Of a stretch of DNA of 64,000 nucleotides, positions 58,619 to 64,000 are shown one piece after another. Each line of letters begins with the position of its first letter. Within the stretch, counting starts at the first letter, position 1. The notes under the pieces were generated by a model, which worked only from the letters and a program-made list of their open reading frames with translations, was not told where the DNA came from and did no database searches. Both the position numbers and the translations under genes were made by a program. The DNA is from an uncultured Spirochaetota bacterium (GTDB lineage Bacteria; Spirochaetota; Brevinematia; Brevinematales; JAOACQ01), in the NCBI GenBank assembly GCA_963835575.1, contig CAWIGG010000002.1:928001-992000 (forward strand), given 5' to 3'.

Positions 58619-59674
58619 ATGACAATGAACGAAGTAATCCTGGGGATCAAAAACACTGACAAATCGCTGGAAAAGAATGCCAGGCACAAGATGGATTTCA
58701 AGACCAAGCCGCAGGGCTCGCTGGGTGTGATGGAATCGATTGCCGTGAAAATGGCGCTTGTCCGGCAGGGGCTTTCGCCCGAAATCGGGAATAAACAGTT
58801 TTTTGTTTTCGCCGGTGACCATGGAATCACCGCCGAAGGCGTGTCGGCCTTTCCGGCGGAGGTGACCCCACAGATGGTTTTGAATTTTATAAACGGCGGC
58901 GCGGCCATCAATGTCCTCTGCCGGCAAAACGGGATAGGTATCCGCGTTGTCGATATGGGCGTTAATTTTGACTTTGCTCCCAACACGGAATTAATAGACA
59001 AAAAAGTCCGGAAAGGCACCCGGAATTTTCTAAAGGAAGACGCGATGCTTCCAGATGAAGCCGAACAGGCTGTCTGGAACGGAATGGATGTCGTTTTGAA
59101 TGCCTGCAAAGATAGTAAGATAGATATAATCGGCTTGGGTGAAATGGGGATTGGCAACAGCACTTCCGCATCGGCGATTATATCCGCAGCTACGGGACTT
59201 TCACCCGAAAAGACCACTGGCAGAGGAACAGGTCTGGATGACGAAAAGCTCCGGCAGAAGGCCGCTCTGATTACAGAAGCCCTCAAACAGCGTAAACCAT
59301 CCAATAAAGATGGCATGGACATACTCTGTAAAGTCGGGGGTTTTGAGATTGCCGGTATTGCCGGTGCGGTTCTGGGCGCGGCTTATCTGCAAATTCCGAT
59401 GGTACTTGACGGGTTTATTTCCACCGCGGGAGGTTTGATCGCCTTTTTGATTAACCCCAAAGTGAAGGACTATTTTTTTGCCGGACATAAATCGGTGGAA
59501 ATCGGGCACCAGGCCGCACTGGAATATATCGGCATCGCTCCGATCCTCGATCTGAACATGCACCTCGGGGAAGGAACAGGGGCGGCTCTGGCGATTCATA
59601 TTATTGATGCTTCCTGCAGGATTATGTGTGAAATGGCCTCATTTGAGGAAGCCGGTGTGAGCAATAAAGATTAG
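58619..59674 (+). CDS. cobT: Nicotinate-nucleotide--dimethylbenzimidazole phosphoribosyltransferase
   Basis: KTKPQGSLG, AGDHG, GGAAIN, GEMGIGNSTSASA, GRGTG, DGFIST and LGEGTGA. Confidence 0.96.
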   Translation: MTMNEVILGIKNTDKSLEKNARHKMDFKTKPQGSLGVMESIAVKMALVRQGLSPEIGNKQFFVFAGDHGITAEGVSAFPAEVTPQMVLNFINGGAAINVLCRQNGIGIRVVDMGVNFDFAPNTELIDKKVRKGTRNFLKEDAMLPDEAEQAVWNGMDVVLNACKDSKIDIIGLGEMGIGNSTSASAIISAATGLSPEKTTGRGTGLDDEKLRQKAALITEALKQRKPSNKDGMDILCKVGGFEIAGIAGAVLGAAYLQIPMVLDGFISTAGGLIAFLINPKVKDYFFAGHKSVEIGHQAALEYIGIAPILDLNMHLGEGTGAALAIHIIDASCRIMCEMASFEEAGVSNKD

Positions 59675-60031
59675 GGTAATAGAGCACTTCATCGGTGTTT
59701 TATATATGAAGGCCATAATATGAACCCATTTTGAAGAATCTTGGATTCAAAGGTCAAAAGTCGGCCCCTCAAAAAACCGGATAAATTCCAGCCCGTCGTT
59801 TTCGAAATTGCTTCCGAAATCTACACTGAATGGATTGTACTTATTGAAGAGAGTAATAGGAGTAGCAGTAATAATTGAACAGAGGGTAATAATGGATAAT
59901 ATCGAGAAACACAATTATATCTTATGAAAATAGTCCCAAAACACAAATTGATTTTCTGCTAAAATAATATATTACAACATATTATTCAATCTGAAATTTA
60001 AAGAATATCTAATTCATACGCTTTATTTGTT

Positions 60032-60188
60032 TGTCGAGGGCCGGGAAGATTCCCCAGTGGCAGGGCCAAGAGATTCCCCACCTTTTCCTGAAAAATACCG
60101 TTATTGATTTTAGATGAAAATCAGAGAACGGTCAAATAGTTTTCCCCTCCTTCCGGTAAGATTTTCCATCCTTCACTTTCACCATGAT
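60032..60188 (-). mobile_element. IS21-family right-end remnant with IstB C-terminus
   Basis: TGTCGA terminus with tandem GGGCC..GATTCCCCA repeats (60038-60057, 60063-60081); minus-strand peptide IMVKVKDGKSYRKEGKTI* resembles the IstB G.SYR tail. Confidence 0.55.
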
Positions 60189-60469
60189 TTTTATTGAACC
60201 GGATGCGTCGGCCGGTCCGGGCGGCGGGTTCTTTATCACGGCGGCTTTTATCGCGGGATTGGCCGCGGTCGTGCTGATGTCCGGAGGTATCGGCGAGCTT
60301 TCTCAGAACTCAAAGAGCGTGCCGGTGTGGATCATCCTGCTGGGCGTTGCCGTTCCAGATGGAACTTTTCATAAAAAATGACCGGTAGAAACACAAAGCA
60401 GGGCCCGGCAAATGGGTTCGCCGGGAGCATAACTCTAAGCCTCGCCCGCTTCGCCTGCGCTGACCGCCA

Positions 60470-61162
60470 TTAACCAGCTTTAATTGAAGCCGGTTTCTGA
60501 TCCTTTACGCCCATAATCAAAAGCCACAAAGTGAGAGAAAACTCCGCAATAAAACTAACCACCCAGCATGGGTACAATATTATTTTGAAGTCCGGGAAAA
60601 GGAAAAACTGAAAGAACCATATCAGTACGGCAAAACCATCGATGATCAACACTATCCCCAGAATTTTAGGAAGGAAGCCCGACTTGAAAACCAGATAACC
60701 AAGAGGAAAGAGCCAGACGCCAAAAAATATCTGGGCAATTATAAAACCATTTTTATACAGATTGATAAATAACATTGCCTGCGCTTTTAACTGATCCGCC
60801 TGGAATACTTTCAGGTAATCAGCCCCGCCCACAAGCAGCAGGCCGGCAAATAGATTCAGCATACTTGAACACTGTACGGCGACACCGCCCAGGTTTAAAA
60901 GCAGGAACAGTAAAGCCAGGTTTTTGTCGACCGGTTTTAATAACACATACAAAGCCCAGGCCGTCAAAAGGAAAAGTAAGGCTGAGAATAGACCGATTAC
61001 AAAACCGATACTGGCCAGCCATTCATGAGCAATTATGTTATTGACTGTTGCCGCGATATCTTCGAATGCAAAGTGCCCAAACATAGTTGCAATGATCGAA
61101 GATATAAAATACATTAAATAGAGGAACCCCGCGATTCTTGCTGTCGTTTTGAGTGAATTCAT
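60470..61162 (-). CDS. DUF4386-family membrane protein
   Basis: KTTARIAGFLYL, ALYVLLKPV, IFFGVWLFPLGYLVFKSGFLPKILG and EFSLTLWLLIMG; AGGAG RBS. Confidence 0.85.
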   Translation of the reverse strand: MNSLKTTARIAGFLYLMYFISSIIATMFGHFAFEDIAATVNNIIAHEWLASIGFVIGLFSALLFLLTAWALYVLLKPVDKNLALLFLLLNLGGVAVQCSSMLNLFAGLLLVGGADYLKVFQADQLKAQAMLFINLYKNGFIIAQIFFGVWLFPLGYLVFKSGFLPKILGIVLIIDGFAVLIWFFQFFLFPDFKIILYPCWVVSFIAEFSLTLWLLIMGVKDQKPASIKAG

Positions 61163-61547
61163 AATCTTACTCCTTTTTATTGATAAACTGTTATTGTTAC
61201 TGCATTGAAATATTTCCCGTCAATGTTTACTACCCCTCTTTAGTGAGTTTTACAATTTTTCGTAAAGTATCGGCCGCTGCGCCGGGAAAGGCTAATTGTA
61301 TTATCCAGAGAGGGACTTTATACGGGGGGGACCTTTTTAATGCTACAGTAACTTCAACATAACCATTTCCTAAATCTTTAAACGTATAAGTTTCAAAACT
61401 GTAGGTAAGACGTTTCGCGTCTTTTTTTTCAAGCAGAGATGGTATGGCGGTTAACGTAAAAACAGCCGTATTTTCAGCCGCATCCTCAGAAAAACTCATT
61501 TTAGCGACACAGTCAATATCTGAAAATGGTCCTCCTTTAGTATGATA

Positions 61548-63123
61548 CCTAAATTCCCAGAGTTCCGCGATTTCCGCTTGAAATCAGCCTTGCGCGGCAC
61601 TGCTTGGCATCGGTTTATCATCCCAGTCTCGCGGCTGCTGCAATTACAAGCCTTGGCGATGCCTGAATACTCGTAAATCCACAAATTCCGCTGCTCCGGG
61701 CGCAACACACCCTTGTGGCGGCCTTCACATCATCCGGTTGGGAACTCGCTATATCTGCAGCTCACATAAGTGGCAGTAAAATTTCCGCCACCGGTCCTTA
61801 TCCGCAAAATAACGGCTCAACACCAGTTTTACCTGATGGCCCTGTCTCACGATTTTCCCCGCAACCCGAATAAACCACGCCCGGAATGTTTCCGGTTCTT
61901 CCCGGTGACTTTTCCGGTCAACCAGATACCGCATCCAGATTCCAACGTTATACGCCAGCACGCTGCAGCTCCACAGAAAATCATTCACCCAGAAATCTTG
62001 CGTCAGAAGCATCCCGGCGAACATCTGCTGCTTCACGGCTTCGATCCAGTTTTCACACGTACCCCGGTCACCGTAAAATTTATGGCCCTGCCAAGGTTTC
62101 AAACGCATATTCGTACAATAGCAAAAATAGTCATAAACCGCTTTCGGGAATACCAGCCCTTCCGTTTCTATCCGGATCAGCTTTCTGACAGCTATGAACC
62201 GCCTCGCATGTTTCCATCCATGCGCCCGGTACTCAAATTCCGCCTGTTCCCAGCCGCTTCGATCCGGAACCGCTGTCCAACCCCTGTTTTCCAGAAACGC
62301 CGCGAGGTTTTTCATTTTGGCTTTGACCAGAAAAAAAGCCCCTTTCATTTCTTCGATGACATCGAAAATCCTTCCGTCGAAAAATCCGCTGTCCATCCGG
62401 AACACAAGTTTTTTCCAGCCGGTATGGAGTATTCCGTAAATGTGCCGGATAAATTCAGGCGCGTTATTCGCTGTGTAAGCGTCGCCCGGCCTGAAATAGG
62501 AGAGAATACATTCCCTTGTGCTGTTCAGGAATGCCAGAAGCGGATGATAGCTCTTCGCTCCCTTTTTATGCGGATTGTAGCCTGCCGCCGCTCCTTCCTG
62601 GCTTCCGTAAACCGTCTTGACGGTCGAATCGCAGTCCACGATTTTCGTTTTTACCCGGAACTTCGCGTGGACTTTGCGGGAAAGCTTTCCGTTCAACTCA
62701 TTCATCGCGTAAGATTCTTTCATACCAACGTTTTCAATCCGCTTGATGATCGTAGAATCACTGATCGGCCCTTTCAAGCCCAGAGCTGCCCGGAACAATG
62801 GATCTTCAGTAAAATTCTCGACCTTCTTGATCCGGTTATACCCTGCCATCAGCGCGCACACGATTCCCGTAATAATTTGCTCGAACGAGAATTTCTGGTT
62901 ACAATATTCCCGCACTGGAATAAATTTTTTGAGCAACTGATTGAACCCAATCTTTTTCAAAAATACCAGCACGGGATAAATCCCGCTCACGCTGCTCAAA
63001 TCCTGCGCCGTAAAACCAACTTTGATATTTTTCACCATTTGGGTGCTCCTTCTGTTGTTTTGTAAAGCAATATATTATAACAGATTGGGGCCCCATTTGG
63101 TATTTTTACTTTGGGAATTTAGG
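61548..63123 (-). mobile_element. IS1380-family insertion sequence (1576 bp)
   Basis: 16-bp TIRs CCTAAATTCCCAGAGT / ACTTTGGGAATTTAGG (1 mismatch); 5-bp TGATA duplication at 61543-61547 and 63124-63128. Confidence 0.92.
61749..63038 (-). CDS. IS1380-family transposase
   Basis: VDCDSTV..VYG.QEGA..GYN..KKG..SYHPL, RPG, RMDSGF, YGDRGTCENWIEAVK and LAYN. Confidence 0.94.
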   Translation of the reverse strand: MVKNIKVGFTAQDLSSVSGIYPVLVFLKKIGFNQLLKKFIPVREYCNQKFSFEQIITGIVCALMAGYNRIKKVENFTEDPLFRAALGLKGPISDSTIIKRIENVGMKESYAMNELNGKLSRKVHAKFRVKTKIVDCDSTVKTVYGSQEGAAAGYNPHKKGAKSYHPLLAFLNSTRECILSYFRPGDAYTANNAPEFIRHIYGILHTGWKKLVFRMDSGFFDGRIFDVIEEMKGAFFLVKAKMKNLAAFLENRGWTAVPDRSGWEQAEFEYRAHGWKHARRFIAVRKLIRIETEGLVFPKAVYDYFCYCTNMRLKPWQGHKFYGDRGTCENWIEAVKQQMFAGMLLTQDFWVNDFLWSCSVLAYNVGIWMRYLVDRKSHREEPETFRAWFIRVAGKIVRQGHQVKLVLSRYFADKDRWRKFYCHLCELQI

Positions 63124-63523
63124 TGATAATAGACAATCCATTCATTCTCTGTAATAGTTTCGATCTTTTTACTGACATCATTGCCATGAAATTCTTTATG
63201 CTTTGATGCATCTTTCAGCAGTGAAATACAATTTTGCATGCTGACCCTGTCAGTAGTTGTCGCGATATATTCTATTAATGGTACAACTTCATTGCTTTCA
63301 TTAGTTCGTTCTGAAATACAGCTTCGAACCGTTATTTTACCGTCATCGATTTTATCTGTTTTCCACTCATTTGTTTGAGCAAATAAATTTGTGCAGAGGA
63401 ACATCATACAGAGTATAATAAGTCTTAATAATGCTCTCACGGTCCCTGAAGTCTGTTTGTTTAATTTCATAATTTTCCCCCTTTGTTTGCTTTGATATTG
63501 CCTGTTCTTTACTTTTTATTTTT

Positions 63524-64000
63524 TCAAAAAAAGATCCTGACCCCGCCGCCGATGACAGTTCCGCCGTTATATGCACCATCTTTCGAAGAAATTCCAAGAC
63601 CGGGGCCAAATTCGATGAAAAATGTGTTTTTTCCGAATGACAGGAACTCTGCGCCGACTAAAAAATTGATAAAGTAGGCTTGGCCTTCAAAGGCATCTTT
63701 TATTCCGAATTCTCCGCCAATGGCAATTCCTTGATAAACCCGTATTAACGATTGAAAGTCTTCGGAAAAAAATATACCGAATGACGGCATTGCATACAAA
63801 ATATTAAGACCATTTTCATAATCATTAACAACACTCAAATCCAGCCGTAAGTTCACATTCTTAAATTGGTATCCTCCCTGTAAACCGGACGCGGAATATT
63901 TTGAGTATAAATATGCCGGCGCAGAAATGTAAAAACCCATACTTTTTGAATCAATTACAGTCTTTCCAATAGAAATTACTGGATCCTGCGCAGGAACATT
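63524..64000 (-). CDS. Putative small outer-membrane beta-barrel protein (5' end outside window)
   Basis: Frame open to the window edge (NVPAQDPVISIGKTVIDSKSMGFY...); amphipathic strands ending GGGVRIFF. Confidence 0.55.
   Translation of the reverse strand, partial: NVPAQDPVISIGKTVIDSKSMGFYISAPAYLYSKYSASGLQGGYQFKNVNLRLDLSVVNDYENGLNILYAMPSFGIFFSEDFQSLIRVYQGIAIGGEFGIKDAFEGQAYFINFLVGAEFLSFGKNTFFIEFGPGLGISSKDGAYNGGTVIGGGVRIFF

Larger units (their letters stand above)
61230..63470 (-). pseudogene. Exported START/SRPBCC-like protein gene split by IS1380
   Basis: Removing 61548-63123 and one TGATA copy joins ...WIVYYH|TKGGPFSDIDCVAKMSF... in frame into a 219-aa ORF with a signal peptide and START-like W..DK..ITVR / P..D.D / VPLWII patterns. 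Confidence 0.75.

Noticed and set aside
58468..59322. 284-aa minus-strand ORF
   Set aside because: Antisense shadow of cobT; Ser/Ile/Pro-rich with no motifs.
59700..59880. Possible gene fragment after cobT
   Set aside because: Short, interrupted by stops, no recognisable family; cannot be supported.
60184..60381. 65-aa plus-strand hydrophobic ORF
   Set aside because: Its start overlaps the IS21 remnant and there is no RBS; probably a gene fragment of unidentifiable origin.

Overview
AT-rich bacterial chromosome segment, probably from a spirochaete. This is an inference from the FliG/FliH forms, the dual cNMP-binding protein and a LipL45/FecR-like lipoprotein. Positions 1-46 kb are mostly core genes: SurA-like protein, murI, cimA, pseudouridine synthase, bactofilin, clostripain-family lipoprotein, miaB, a REC-PAS-GGDEF-EAL protein, GH57 branching enzyme, trpS-scpA-scpB-pheA, flgBC-fliEFGHI, a PEGA/beta-barrel protein with a degenerate GH57-like partner, murG, mcsA-mcsB-clpC, glyA, a BlaI/M56 pair and tRNA-Leu(GAG). 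From about 46.8 kb the region is accessory: an intact IS5-family element, MITE/IS21 remnants, a cobamide uptake and remodelling operon (btuFCD-btuB-cobQ-cobU-cobS-cbiR-cobT) with two cobalamin riboswitches, and an IS1380-family element splitting a START-domain gene. The best novelty candidate is a second BlaI-type operator and promoter downstream of the M56 gene. It would drive a ~63-nt terminated small RNA whose hairpin loop displays an anti-Shine-Dalgarno sequence. Other notable items are a riboswitch overlapping the btuD coding end, a probable pseudo-kinase McsB, an exported GH57-like pseudo-enzyme and a local family of palindromic MITE-like repeats. No CRISPR array or rRNA was seen. All calls come from reading the sequence by eye; no searches were run.
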